A stretch of 43,423 bases of DNA from Planctomycetaceae bacterium (GTDB lineage: Bacteria > Planctomycetota > Planctomycetia > Planctomycetales > Planctomycetaceae), in contig JBGSIP010000227.1 of NCBI GenBank assembly GCA_041742495.1, positions 1 through 43,423 on the forward strand. The letters run 5' to 3'. Each line of letters opens with the position of its first letter. Position 1 is the first letter of the stretch. Below the pieces are notes generated by a model. The model was not told the DNA's origin. It made no database searches and saw nothing but the letters and a program-made list of their open reading frames with translations. Positions 1 to 7,803 of this stretch are shown piece after piece. The position numbers and the translations under genes were made by a program.

Positions 1-1
1 G

Positions 2-577
2 CTGTTGTGCGGGGGGATCACGGTGTTCAACCCGCTGCAGCGGTGGAAGATCCTGCCGACCGCGCGGGCGGGCGTGGTGGGGATCGGCGGGCTGGGGCAT
101 ATGGCGCTGAAATTCCTCCGCGCCTGGGGTTGCGAAGTGACCGCGTTCACCTCGAGCCCCTCGAAATTCGCCGAAGCCAAGTCGCTGGGTGCGCATCGCG
201 TCGCCTCCAGTCGAGACTCGGCCGCGATCCAAGCGCTGGCCGGCTCGCTCGATCTGCTGCTGGTCACCGTCAACGTGCCGCTGGACTGGCCGGTCCTGAT
301 GGGGACGCTGGCGCCGCATGGCCGGCTGCATGTGGTCGGGGCGGTGTTGCAGCCGATCCCGGTCAACGCGTTTGATTTGATCGGCGCGGAGCGCCAAGTC
401 TCCGGGTCCCCCACCGGCTCGCCCGTGAATATCGCCACGATGTTCCAGTTCGCCGCCCGGCACCAAATTGCGCCGCAAGTCGAACATTTTCCGCTGGGCC
501 GCGTCAACGAAGCGCTCGATCGGTTGCGTGCCGGGAAGGTGCGTTATCGGGTCGTCTTGGAGGTCGATGGGACGTAG
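2..577 (+). CDS. Zn-dependent alcohol dehydrogenase family (CAD/YahK-like MDR) oxidoreductase, C-terminal part; the 5' end lies outside the window
   Basis: The ORF is open to the window edge. It contains 'LLCGGITVFNPL' followed by the Rossmann motif 'VGIGGLGHMALKF', and ends 'GKVRYRVVLEV', typical of medium-chain dehydrogenases. Confidence 0.8.
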   Translation: MLCGGITVFNPLQRWKILPTARAGVVGIGGLGHMALKFLRAWGCEVTAFTSSPSKFAEAKSLGAHRVASSRDSAAIQALAGSLDLLLVTVNVPLDWPVLMGTLAPHGRLHVVGAVLQPIPVNAFDLIGAERQVSGSPTGSPVNIATMFQFAARHQIAPQVEHFPLGRVNEALDRLRAGKVRYRVVLEVDGT

Positions 578-644
578 ACCCAAGCTCCCTGGCGAAAGTC
601 GCCTAGTCTGCTAAAATTTGGTCGATTCTGGAGAGTTTGGCCAG

Positions 645-720
645 CGGGACGTAGCTCAGCCTGGATTAGAGCGCTACCTTGGGGTGGTAGAGGTCGCAAG
701 TTCGAATCTTGTCGTCCCGA
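645..720 (+). tRNA. tRNA-Pro (anticodon GGG)
   Basis: Hand-folded cloverleaf of 76 nt. Acceptor CGGGACG/CGTCCCG with C1-G72 and A73. D stem GCTC/GAGC. Anticodon stem CTACC/GGTAG with loop TTGGGGT (anticodon GGG). T arm GCAAG-TTCGAAT-CTTGT. CCA is not encoded. Confidence 0.85.
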
Positions 721-2195
721 CTATTCTTTGAAACGAGCCCTTCGGCGAGAACGTCGAAGGGCTTTCTCATTGTGGGGACCAGAGTTACGCCATCGAGACG
801 TGAGTTCAAAAACACTATTTCGAGCAATCGACGCTTCTCGGGGTAGTCAGCGGTAAGCCATTGCTGCCGCAGAGTTTGCGAAAGTTCAAAAACTTTCGTC
901 GCCAACTCGGCGGTTTCGTCGTGGGAGCGGTCCACGGCGTCAAGTTGCAGCTTGATCGACGCCAGCCGATCCCGCAGTTCAGTATGCTTCTTGGCGAAAG
1001 TCTCCTGGTCGATGTCTTCCGACAATCGCATGTTGAGCAGCCGGTCCTGCTGCTGCACCAACAGCGTCTCCTGCCGCTGAAGCTCCGAGCGCTGCGCGAG
1101 CGAGTCCGCCTGGGCGTCCCGCGTCTGCGACGCCAGCACGAGGCGGAACCAGTCGCGGACCTGTTCATCCTCAACCCGCATCTTGTCGAAGACGGCCAGC
1201 ACCTGCTGGTCGATGTCGGCTTCCGTGACCCGGATGCGAGGATGGTCCTTGCGGTTATAGTAGGTGCAGCGGTAGTACGTGTAGAACCGCTCGCCAGACT
1301 TCATCTTCTTGCGGACCTTCTCGCCGGTGATCGGATGGCAGCAGTGCCCGCACTGGATGATGTCGCCGGCGTAGGTCAGCGCGTGCGACTGGTAGATGTG
1401 CCCGCCCAGCAGCACCTGCACGCGGTCCCAGGTTGCCCGGTCGATCAACGGCTCATGCTTGCCGGGATACCACTCGCCCTTGTGCAGGATTTCGCCGATG
1501 TAGGCGCGGTCCTTCAGGATGGCGTGAACCATGCTTCGGGGGAACTTCGGCTGCGAGGAGCGGAAGACCCGGCCCTCGGTGTGGAGCCGCTCGACCAGGC
1601 CGTCGAGCGTCACGTTCTCGTAGGCGTAGAGTTGGAAGATGCGCTTGACGTTGGCCGCCGTTTCGGGATCGACCTCGACCATGCCGCGACCGTCCTTGCG
1701 GACGTTGCGATACCCGTAGGGACCACGAGTGACGAACCAGCCCTCTTGCACGCGGCGGGCCAACCCCTCGCGAACATCCACCGATTGCTGCTCGGTGTAG
1801 AAGCTGGCCATGTTCGCCAGCGTCCGCCGCATCATGCGGCCGGCCGGCGTGTTTTCAGTCGGCTGGGAAACAGAGATGAACGGCAGGTCGTATTCCGATT
1901 CCAGCCGTTCGAGTTCGACGTAATCGAAGAGATTGCGGGCGGCGCGATCCACCTTGTAGAAGAGCAGACCGTCGAGGAAGGCCGCGTTCTTCTTGGCGTA
2001 GGCGACCAGCTCGCGGAAGGTCTTGCGTTCATCGCCCTTGCTGGCCGTCTCCGCGATGCGGAAGAGCTTGATGATTTCGCCGCCGGCCTGCGTGGCGTAC
2101 CGCCGCAATGCCTCTTCCTGCACTTCGAGGCTGAAGCCCTCGCGTTCCTGTTCCCGGCTGCTTACTCTCGCCAGTGCGACGAATTGCCTGTTCAT
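666..2195 (-). CDS. Large serine recombinase (integrase of the tRNA-Pro-adjacent element)
   Basis: N-terminal resolvase-type catalytic domain ('ALARVSSREQ...', 'YKVDRAARN'). It is followed by a recombinase domain, a Cys-rich zinc-ribbon region ('CGHCCHPITG...YYRCTYY') and a long coiled-coil. The last ~18 codons are encoded by the complement of the tRNA-Pro 3' half. Confidence 0.9.
   Translation of the reverse strand: MNRQFVALARVSSREQEREGFSLEVQEEALRRYATQAGGEIIKLFRIAETASKGDERKTFRELVAYAKKNAAFLDGLLFYKVDRAARNLFDYVELERLESEYDLPFISVSQPTENTPAGRMMRRTLANMASFYTEQQSVDVREGLARRVQEGWFVTRGPYGYRNVRKDGRGMVEVDPETAANVKRIFQLYAYENVTLDGLVERLHTEGRVFRSSQPKFPRSMVHAILKDRAYIGEILHKGEWYPGKHEPLIDRATWDRVQVLLGGHIYQSHALTYAGDIIQCGHCCHPITGEKVRKKMKSGERFYTYYRCTYYNRKDHPRIRVTEADIDQQVLAVFDKMRVEDEQVRDWFRLVLASQTRDAQADSLAQRSELQRQETLLVQQQDRLLNMRLSEDIDQETFAKKHTELRDRLASIKLQLDAVDRSHDETAELATKVFELSQTLRQQWLTADYPEKRRLLEIVFLNSRLDGVTLVPTMRKPFDVLAEGLVSKNSRDDKIRTCDLYHPKVAL
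736..770 (+). terminator. Hairpin plus T-rich tail downstream of tRNA-Pro (terminator-like)
   Basis: A 9-bp stem AGCCCTTCG (736-744) / CGAAGGGCT (755-763) is followed by TTTCTCAT. It lies inside the 3' end of the recombinase ORF on the other strand. Confidence 0.4.
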
Positions 2196-2413
2196 GACGA
2201 CGACCCCGAAGAAAGAGCCTCATACAAACGACCCACCGTCTGGATCATTGTAACGGCTTCTTCGGGCGTGAGAACAGCTTCGTAGTAGGGCTGCCAGACG
2301 CGGATCGTCCGTTCTATGAGTTCAGCGGTAATCCAGTCCGGTGTTCCCGCCGGGACGATGCTTTTCGCATCCTCTCGGGTTCGGCAATCGCGTTTTCGAT
2401 TGCTGCGGGACAT
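2192..2413 (-). CDS. Hypothetical 73-aa protein translationally coupled to the serine recombinase
   Basis: Its stop overlaps the recombinase start (ATGA at 2192-2195). I recognised no motif. Confidence 0.5.
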   Translation of the reverse strand: MSRSNRKRDCRTREDAKSIVPAGTPDWITAELIERTIRVWQPYYEAVLTPEEAVTMIQTVGRLYEALSSGSSS

Positions 2414-2511
2414 GGCCTGGAACCACCATCGACAAGGTTTGAAGAAATGCGCGCAGGGTCAGACCTGACCCGACGCGCGGGACATTCGATTCACGCGAGG
2501 AGCGTTGCCAG

Positions 2512-2775
2512 TCACGAGACCGGCAACAGTCCTTCTCGCTGGTAGCGTTGCAACTCTTCACGGCTGATCGCCCAAGCAGTGTGCTTGCCTCTGCCGCTCT
2601 CTTTTTTCCGTGCCAAAATGCGACCCACGCGGCACCACTGGCGAACCGTGAACTCGGCCCTGCCCACGAGTGCCGCGAATTCATCGACCTCGTAGAAGTC
2701 CTTGACTGTCTGTCGCTCAACAAGGACAGCAAGCATGGATTCGATGTTTTCAAGTCTCTGTTCCAAAGCAGTCAT
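2512..2775 (-). CDS. Excisionase/MerR-like helix-turn-helix DNA-binding protein (candidate recombination directionality factor)
   Basis: 'YEVDEFAALVGRAEFTVRQWCRVGRILARK' is an HTH_17/excisionase-like pattern. I placed the start at the internal ATG 2775, preceded by GGTGGA. The longer ORF to 3030 overlaps the next gene and looks like a GC-driven extension. Confidence 0.6.
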   Translation of the reverse strand: MTALEQRLENIESMLAVLVERQTVKDFYEVDEFAALVGRAEFTVRQWCRVGRILARKKESGRGKHTAWAISREELQRYQREGLLPVS

Positions 2776-2816
2776 GTTCCACCACATAAAAGAAGAGGCT
2801 GGGCGAACCCCCTTGG

Positions 2817-3116
2817 CTAACTGACCACTTCCTGTTTTGACTGCTGCGCCTCCAGTGTGAGCCGGTGCTTCTCCAGCTCGACCTGCTCCTTGCTGCGCAA
2901 CTCTGCGTCGAACCGCCTGGCTTCCTCCTCCTTTTGCCGCTCCTCTTCCTTCTCCATCTCCCTCCCCAGAACGACAGCGATGACCACGTAGCAGGCCAGC
3001 AGCTCGCCGACGATTGCTCCCTTCGGCCACGATGGCGGGTTAATCGACTCGAACACGCCGATCAGGACGAACGTGAGCACCATCGGTCCGAGAACGTATT
3101 TGCATAGCTTTTCCAT
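2817..3116 (-). CDS. Small membrane protein with a charged coiled-coil tail
   Basis: Two hydrophobic segments (VLGPMVLTFVLIGVF; GELLACYVVIAVVL) followed by an E/K/R-rich tail. SD-like CAGGAGAG lies upstream of the ATG. Confidence 0.5.
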   Translation of the reverse strand: MEKLCKYVLGPMVLTFVLIGVFESINPPSWPKGAIVGELLACYVVIAVVLGREMEKEEERQKEEEARRFDAELRSKEQVELEKHRLTLEAQQSKQEVVS

Positions 3117-3165
3117 GATGTTCTCTCCTGAAAGATGGCGGGGTGCGGCGCACCCCGCCTCGGGG

Positions 3166-3321
3166 TTACTTGAACAACCGCTCGAACCATGATGCGATGC
3201 CCTCGTTCGCCTTCTTTTTCAGCGACCCGTCGTCATCGACGGTTGTGAAGATCTTGTAGGCGAGATAGCACAACAGCCATGTTGCAAGCAGGAAGCAGAT
3301 GAAATGCTCTCCAATGCTCAT
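3166..3321 (-). CDS. Small (51 aa) membrane protein
   Basis: I used the internal start 'MSIGEHFICFLLATWLLCYLAYKIF...', preceded by a strong SD (AAGGAGGAG). It has one TM segment. Confidence 0.5.
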   Translation of the reverse strand: MSIGEHFICFLLATWLLCYLAYKIFTTVDDDGSLKKKANEGIASWFERLFK

Positions 3322-3331
3322 CGCTCCTCCT

Positions 3332-3496
3332 TTACTTGCTGAACATGCGGCCGAGGACATTGAAGAACCCCTTCTTGGCCGCGTTGCGAACGGTATCGTT
3401 TCCCTTGAGAATCCGGGCCGTCCGCCCAATCCCGATGAAGATGATGATCAGCCAGAAAATCACTCCAACGGAAGTGAAATCAGATGATGCGAACAT
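3332..3496 (-). CDS. Small (54 aa) membrane protein, not in the supplied ORF track (below its size cutoff)
   Basis: Hand translation gives MFASSDFTSVGVIFWLIIIFIGIGRTARILKGNDTVRNAAKKGFFNVLGRMFSK. SD AAGGAG lies 6 nt upstream. Its stop abuts the SD of the next gene. Confidence 0.5.
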   Translation of the reverse strand: MFASSDFTSVGVIFWLIIIFIGIGRTARILKGNDTVRNAAKKGFFNVLGRMFSK

Positions 3497-3554
3497 GGTG
3501 AACTCCTTCTTGAAAAAAGGTGAGGTAAGGGCGACTTTGTGGGTGCGGTCGCTA

Positions 3555-3869
3555 CTACAATTCGAGACCGCCTCGCTCTCGTTCTTGCTTCATCTCTTGC
3601 TGCGACTCAGGCAGCCCGTGTTGCGGCCCTTCGTCATGCCCACCACGGGCGTACATGACGAATGGGGAGCCGTTGAATAGAGCAGCGGCCAACTCGTGTG
3701 CGCCGTGCGCCAACTGATCCTTCATCTCGGCCTTGATGTCGCTGAAAATCTCTCTTAGCGACAGGCCCGGCGCGACGGCCTGGATTCCTTCCTTGGCGGC
3801 TTCCATTGCCCCAACTTGTTGCTCCCCAGGGTTCACCTGGGAGAAGACCTCCCGAAGCGTTTTGGACAT
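3555..3869 (-). CDS. Hypothetical 104-aa protein
   Basis: SD AAGGAGG lies upstream of the ATG at 3869. It sits immediately downstream of the coupling-protein gene. I recognised no motif. Confidence 0.5.
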   Translation of the reverse strand: MSKTLREVFSQVNPGEQQVGAMEAAKEGIQAVAPGLSLREIFSDIKAEMKDQLAHGAHELAAALFNGSPFVMYARGGHDEGPQHGLPESQQEMKQERERGGLEL

Positions 3870-3885
3870 AGGCCCAGTCCTCCTT

Positions 3886-5424
3886 TCACCGGAAAAAGTG
3901 TTGAAACAATCCCGCCGTGAACAACGCCGCGAGCCCGGCGGAACAGAGAAACAAGCACGCGGTATCGAAGATCAACTTTGCCGGGCCAAGGCCCGTCGGT
4001 GCGCCGAAATCCTTCTCGTAGTACCGGGTCAACCAGGTCCAGATCGGCGGAAAGCCTGGTGTGAAGGTGAGCGCCACTCGCGGATGGAGGCCGATCACCT
4101 CGTCCGGTTTCAAAAGACTGCGCGCCATCTGCTGCCAGTTGTAGTTGCTGCTGGTGCTGTAGCTGTAGCCGCCGTTCTGCTGGCCGGATTGCTGGCTTGT
4201 ACTGTGACTCGTGCCACCGCTTTCTACGATGATCGTTTCTTCCCCAAGTCGCGTCGCCACATACTTGGCGTCCTCGACTTCATTAACCGCGAAGAAGATT
4301 TGCGACGTGTTCCCCAGCAGCACACCCTCTTGGCCCTGCGGAAACAGCTTCCTGATCTGTGCCATCGACTGGAAAACTGCCGTGACCTTCAGCTTGAAGC
4401 CGCGGCCTACCGTGAGCATTTCTTCGAGGGCGTCTCCGTGTCCGGCCATCACGGCAGCACACTCGTCCAGAACCACATTCACCGTCCGCCGATTGCTGAT
4501 GCCCCGACTGACGATGTATTTGGTGAACGCCGTATTCCACAATCGCATCAGAGGCGCGTGACTCTTCAGGTATTGCAGGGGGATGACCAGGTAGATCGTT
4601 GCGCCATTTCCCTCGTACAGCGCCGACAGGTCACAATCGCTCGTGCTTCTGGTGCTCTCGACCACAGCCGGGGTGCCTAAGAATGCAAGCGACCTGTTCG
4701 CGGTCGATAAGATGCCGTCAAGCTCCTTATCCACCGAAAGGGCCATTTCGTTCCCCATCCGAGCCAACAGGCCACCGTGTTCGGTGGACTGTCGCAGCTT
4801 CGCGATGACCTGGGCCAGCAGTGTCTTGTCGGCCAGGATTTCGGCAACGTCCTGTAAGCTGCGAAACTCCGGCGGGCAGAAATGAACCACAGCGGCGATG
4901 GCACCCGCGATGAATTTCTCCGCCTTCTCTGGCCAATGCGGCTGCTGGTCATTCGGTTTCTTTTCCACGATGGCCTCGGCCAGCGCGCGGATCTTGTTCA
5001 GCGCCTCCGGGTCATTCGGGTCGATCAGGTCGAGCACGTTGCAGCGTGCGGGGTTATCCGTCGTCTGACGCCAGGGGTCGAGCCGGATGATTTTCTGGCC
5101 GAGGACTTCCTGCCGGAAGTCCGCTGTCAAACGGGCATTTTCTCCCTTTATGTCCGTGATGATGCAGCTTTCATCCGAGGTAAGCAGGAACGGCTCGACA
5201 ATCGAAACGTTCTTACCAGCCCCTGACGGCGCGAAGACCGCCGTGTGAACAGCGTTCGTCAGCCGCACGAGGTGCTTCTGTTGTGGCTTCCGCTGGAACG
5301 CCTGCAAGAATCGCTGGCAGGCCGCCCTATCGGGGATGGAGCGGTCAAACAGCACCTTGATGCCGCGCCACTTGCTCGCCTTGCCTTCAGTGTGGCCGAG
5401 GATCAGACCATTGCTCTTACTCAT
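3886..5424 (-). CDS. Type IV coupling protein (VirD4/TraG/TraD family), cytoplasmic NTPase part
   Basis: Walker A 'FAPSGAGKNVS' and Walker B-like 'VNVVLDECAAV', with overall TraG-like layout. The N-terminal membrane part is in the preceding ORF. Confidence 0.85.
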   Translation of the reverse strand: MSKSNGLILGHTEGKASKWRGIKVLFDRSIPDRAACQRFLQAFQRKPQQKHLVRLTNAVHTAVFAPSGAGKNVSIVEPFLLTSDESCIITDIKGENARLTADFRQEVLGQKIIRLDPWRQTTDNPARCNVLDLIDPNDPEALNKIRALAEAIVEKKPNDQQPHWPEKAEKFIAGAIAAVVHFCPPEFRSLQDVAEILADKTLLAQVIAKLRQSTEHGGLLARMGNEMALSVDKELDGILSTANRSLAFLGTPAVVESTRSTSDCDLSALYEGNGATIYLVIPLQYLKSHAPLMRLWNTAFTKYIVSRGISNRRTVNVVLDECAAVMAGHGDALEEMLTVGRGFKLKVTAVFQSMAQIRKLFPQGQEGVLLGNTSQIFFAVNEVEDAKYVATRLGEETIIVESGGTSHSTSQQSGQQNGGYSYSTSSNYNWQQMARSLLKPDEVIGLHPRVALTFTPGFPPIWTWLTRYYEKDFGAPTGLGPAKLIFDTACLFLCSAGLAALFTAGLFQHFFR

Positions 5425-5626
5425 CGATCATTCCCTCCAGGTCTTCCGGCTCCGCCCAACGGGCCGAGCCATGTGCGGTGAAGCGGTACGATTTCCGGTA
5501 CAGCATGAAGGCAGCGACACCGAGCGCCGCCAGCCATGCGTAAGGCACGAGATAAATCACCAGCGCGGCGACGTAGGCCATGAGCAACACGGTGGCGATC
5601 AGGACGTAGCGAAGTACGCGATACAT
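5417..5626 (-). CDS. N-terminal membrane segment of the VirD4/TraG coupling protein, encoded as a separate ORF
   Basis: Two TM helices followed by 'HGSARWAEPEDL', the conserved TraG/VirD4 motif that normally precedes the NTPase domain. It overlaps the next ORF by 8 nt (ATGAGTAA) in a different frame. Confidence 0.7.
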   Translation of the reverse strand: MYRVLRYVLIATVLLMAYVAALVIYLVPYAWLAALGVAAFMLYRKSYRFTAHGSARWAEPEDLEGMIDE

Positions 5627-5633
5627 GGTTTCC

Positions 5634-6425
5634 TCACTTTGCAGCCCTTGCTTTGTCCGCCATCATCCGCACCCAGGTCCTCACATCGAACTGCTCCGCA
5701 GCCTTCCGGGCTTCTTTCAGGGTCTCGCTGAGCAGTTCCACCAGGTCGCTCATGCTCAGTTCCGGGCCGCTGACAACGACGCTCGCCCCTTGCGGCATGG
5801 CGATCTTGACCTTCGACATCCTGACGGTCGGAGTGCCTGTCGCCCGCGCCTTGCGGCCAGCCTGCTCGATGGCGTCCCGGCTCGCGCCAGCAAGTGCCAG
5901 GGCCAGGGCCTCGTTCTGCTTTTCCCGTGGCAGCTTCACGATCGCGTACATCCTGGTCAGGTCGATCTGCCCCGAGAGGTACGCCTTCTGCAATTCCGCG
6001 GTCCCATCGCGATACGCCAGGTAGCGCGTGACGGAGGACGGGTCGAGGTGCAAGTGAGCGGCAAGCTCCTTGTTGGTCCAGCCGGTGTTCAGCTCCAGGA
6101 GCCCAACCATCGACAGCGACTTCTCCGGAGCCGTCAGGTCCGCCCGCTGGAGATTCTCCGTCAGCCGGATGATGCGCTTCTTCGTTTCGGTCAGGGGGCC
6201 GGGAATGACCCGGACTTCGCACTCGGTCCAGCCGAGCAGGTCCATCGCGGCCACCCGCCGAAAACCGGCTCCAAGCTCAAGGTCCTCGGTGACCACGGGC
6301 GGTTGAAGCAGCCCTTCCGACCGGATCGACTCCGCCAACGTGCGGATCGCCGCCTCTTCGAGCGCCGGGCTGTCCGCCAACCGGTCGTTCTGCCCTCGCT
6401 TGATGTCCTTGATCTTCACTTTCAT
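5634..6425 (-). CDS. ParB-like (ParB/Spo0J N-terminal domain plus HTH) protein
   Basis: 'GLLQPPVVTE...GFRRVAAMDLLGW' matches the ParB box. An HTH follows ('TNKELAAHLHLDPSSVTRYL'). I chose the start at ATG 6425 with SD AAGGGAG. The longer ORF to 6689 has an implausible Arg/Ser/Cys-rich extension. Confidence 0.8.
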   Translation of the reverse strand: MKVKIKDIKRGQNDRLADSPALEEAAIRTLAESIRSEGLLQPPVVTEDLELGAGFRRVAAMDLLGWTECEVRVIPGPLTETKKRIIRLTENLQRADLTAPEKSLSMVGLLELNTGWTNKELAAHLHLDPSSVTRYLAYRDGTAELQKAYLSGQIDLTRMYAIVKLPREKQNEALALALAGASRDAIEQAGRKARATGTPTVRMSKVKIAMPQGASVVVSGPELSMSDLVELLSETLKEARKAAEQFDVRTWVRMMADKARAAK

Positions 6426-6577
6426 GGTCTTGCTCCCTTTTCGCCTGTTAGTGGCAACTCGTGTCGCTGTTGCTTTCGTGCGACAACGAAGACTACGGTG
6501 ATGAGCACAGAGGTCAGCAACCCACCGAAGCTCTGCCAGCCGCTTTTGACCGGCAGAAAAGGGCCGAAAAGACGCAT
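6422..6577 (-). CDS. Possible 51-aa membrane protein coupled to the ParB-like gene
   Basis: 'MRLFGPFLPVKSGWQSFGGLLTSVLITVVFVVARK...'. Its stop overlaps the ParB start (ATGA). There is no clear SD, so this is tentative. Confidence 0.3.
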   Translation of the reverse strand: MRLFGPFLPVKSGWQSFGGLLTSVLITVVFVVARKQQRHELPLTGEKGARP

Positions 6578-7184
6578 AGAGTGGCGAAAACGAGCTTTGC
6601 CAATCTCGACGAGGCCGCGAATGCGGCAGTGTGCGGCGCGATGTCCTTGCCCGGCATTGGCACGACTGGAGGAAATGAGGTGCAAGCACTTTCAGAGAGG
6701 TGACTTACGTCGTTTGAATCGGCATGCAGGTTGGTCAATCCAGCCAGATGTCTATCGCACCCGCCACTCGCGATTCCATCGCGCCTTTTCCGTCTAGCGA
6801 GGTCCGATTGCAGGGGATCGCTTGCCCGGGGGATGTCGTGGTGATCCCGACCTCCCGATATGGTTCACACTTCGACGGCAGAAGTCGTCTTTGCGACTGC
6901 AACCGATGTCGAGTTACTTCTCCACGTCCTTGGCTGGATGCGCCAACAACCGGCCCGAACGCGGCTTCGCAATGGCATCCTTCACCGTCCTTCACCCAAG
7001 GCCCTTCCGAGGATGACGGCATTTCATCGCGCAAGGTGTGCCCCGCCGGCGAGGTCGTGTTGCTGGAGGCTCTTCGACTAACTGTCCCGAAATGAGTCCG
7101 ACAAGGATGCATCGACCCGAGAGAATGCTCGGTCTTTTGCTGCGATGCAGCACTAGCTGACACTGACGCCCGCTGCGATTCTCA

Positions 7185-7214
7185 GAGACATTTATGGGTC
7201 AGTCATGGTACAAT
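7185..7214 (+). promoter_or_regulatory. Candidate sigma70-type promoter for alpA
   Basis: GAGACA (7185-7190), an 18-nt spacer, then TACAAT (7209-7214), 30 nt upstream of the alpA ATG. Confidence 0.3.
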
Positions 7215-7243
7215 CAGGAGTTGAATAAGTAGATAGGTCTTAT

Positions 7244-7447
7244 ATGCAGGACATTCCAGAAACGGGGTTTATGCGATTGCCGCAGGTACTCAGTGTGATA
7301 CCCGTCGGCAAAACCAGTTGGTGGGAAGGTGTGAAGTCGGGACGCTTTCCAAAGCCTGTCAAACTGTCCGCCCGATGCACCGCTTGGCGTGCAGAAGATA
7401 TTCGGCAGTTAATCAAGGAATTGTCTGAGCAGCAGCAGGGCATGTAG
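7244..7447 (+). CDS. alpA: AlpA-family phage/island transcriptional regulator / excisionase
   Basis: 'MRLPQVLSVIPVGKTSWWEGVKSGRFPKPVKLSARCTAWRAEDIRQLI' matches the AlpA (Phage_AlpA) pattern closely. Confidence 0.8.
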   Translation: MQDIPETGFMRLPQVLSVIPVGKTSWWEGVKSGRFPKPVKLSARCTAWRAEDIRQLIKELSEQQQGM

Positions 7448-7540
7448 TTTCAGCTAATCGTTGCCACTCTCACCCTAATCGAGTATTGTTCCGACCGTGC
7501 ACCGCTTCTTCCCTTCACCGTCGTTTATGCCTTGCGGAGA

Positions 7541-7802
7541 TAGGGGTACAAATCGGGGGTATGTATCACAACACACATCGTGAATAACTAACCTTAACAA
7601 TGACATACTACCGAAGCATGAGTCCCTTTCTGGGCACCATCACAGCGGGCGGCAGCGTCCGCAAAAGGCCGGGAAACATAGGGCCAGAGCCAAGCACAAG
7701 GCGGTCTGGGGTCGCTTCTGTTCGTTCATAATCGTTGACATTCGCCTCGAATTAGGGGTACAAATAATCATATGTACCCCACTTCATAGCGAAATGTACC
7801 CC
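7541..7802. repeat. GGGGTACA / TGTACCCC motif cluster between alpA and the integrase gene
   Basis: TAGGGGTACAAAT occurs at 7541-7553 and 7753-7765 (direct). ATGTACCCC occurs at 7772-7780 and 7794-7802. GGGGTACA (7756-7763) and TGTACCCC (7773-7780) form an inverted repeat with a 9-nt spacer just upstream of the GTG start at 7804. Confidence 0.6.
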
Positions 7803-7803
7803 T

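Larger units (their letters stand above)
666..6577 (-). mobile_element. Integration/mobilisation module of an integrative element at tRNA-Pro (serine recombinase to ParB operon); the distal boundary is not defined
   Basis: A single tightly packed minus-strand operon reads toward the tRNA. The recombinase ORF overlaps the tRNA 3' half. Confidence 0.55.

Noticed and set aside
861-2285. 474-aa ORF on the plus strand
   Set aside because: It is entirely antisense to the well-supported serine recombinase gene. Its Arg/Leu/Val/Gly-rich composition is typical of shadow ORFs in GC-rich DNA.
2776-3030. N-terminal extension of the HTH ORF (172-aa version)
   Set aside because: The extension is Gly/Arg/Ala low-complexity and overlaps the 99-aa membrane-protein gene. 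An internal ATG with an SD gives a normal 87-aa HTH protein.
5625-6797. 390-aa plus-strand ORF and the 207-aa minus-strand ORF 5599..6222
   Set aside because: They overlap the ParB-like gene in other frames. Their composition is Arg/Pro/Gly-rich and they have no motifs.
6690-7163. ORFs 6724..7095(+) and 6735..7163(-)
   Set aside because: They are mutually overlapping, have no SD and no motifs. They probably lie in non-coding boundary DNA of the element.
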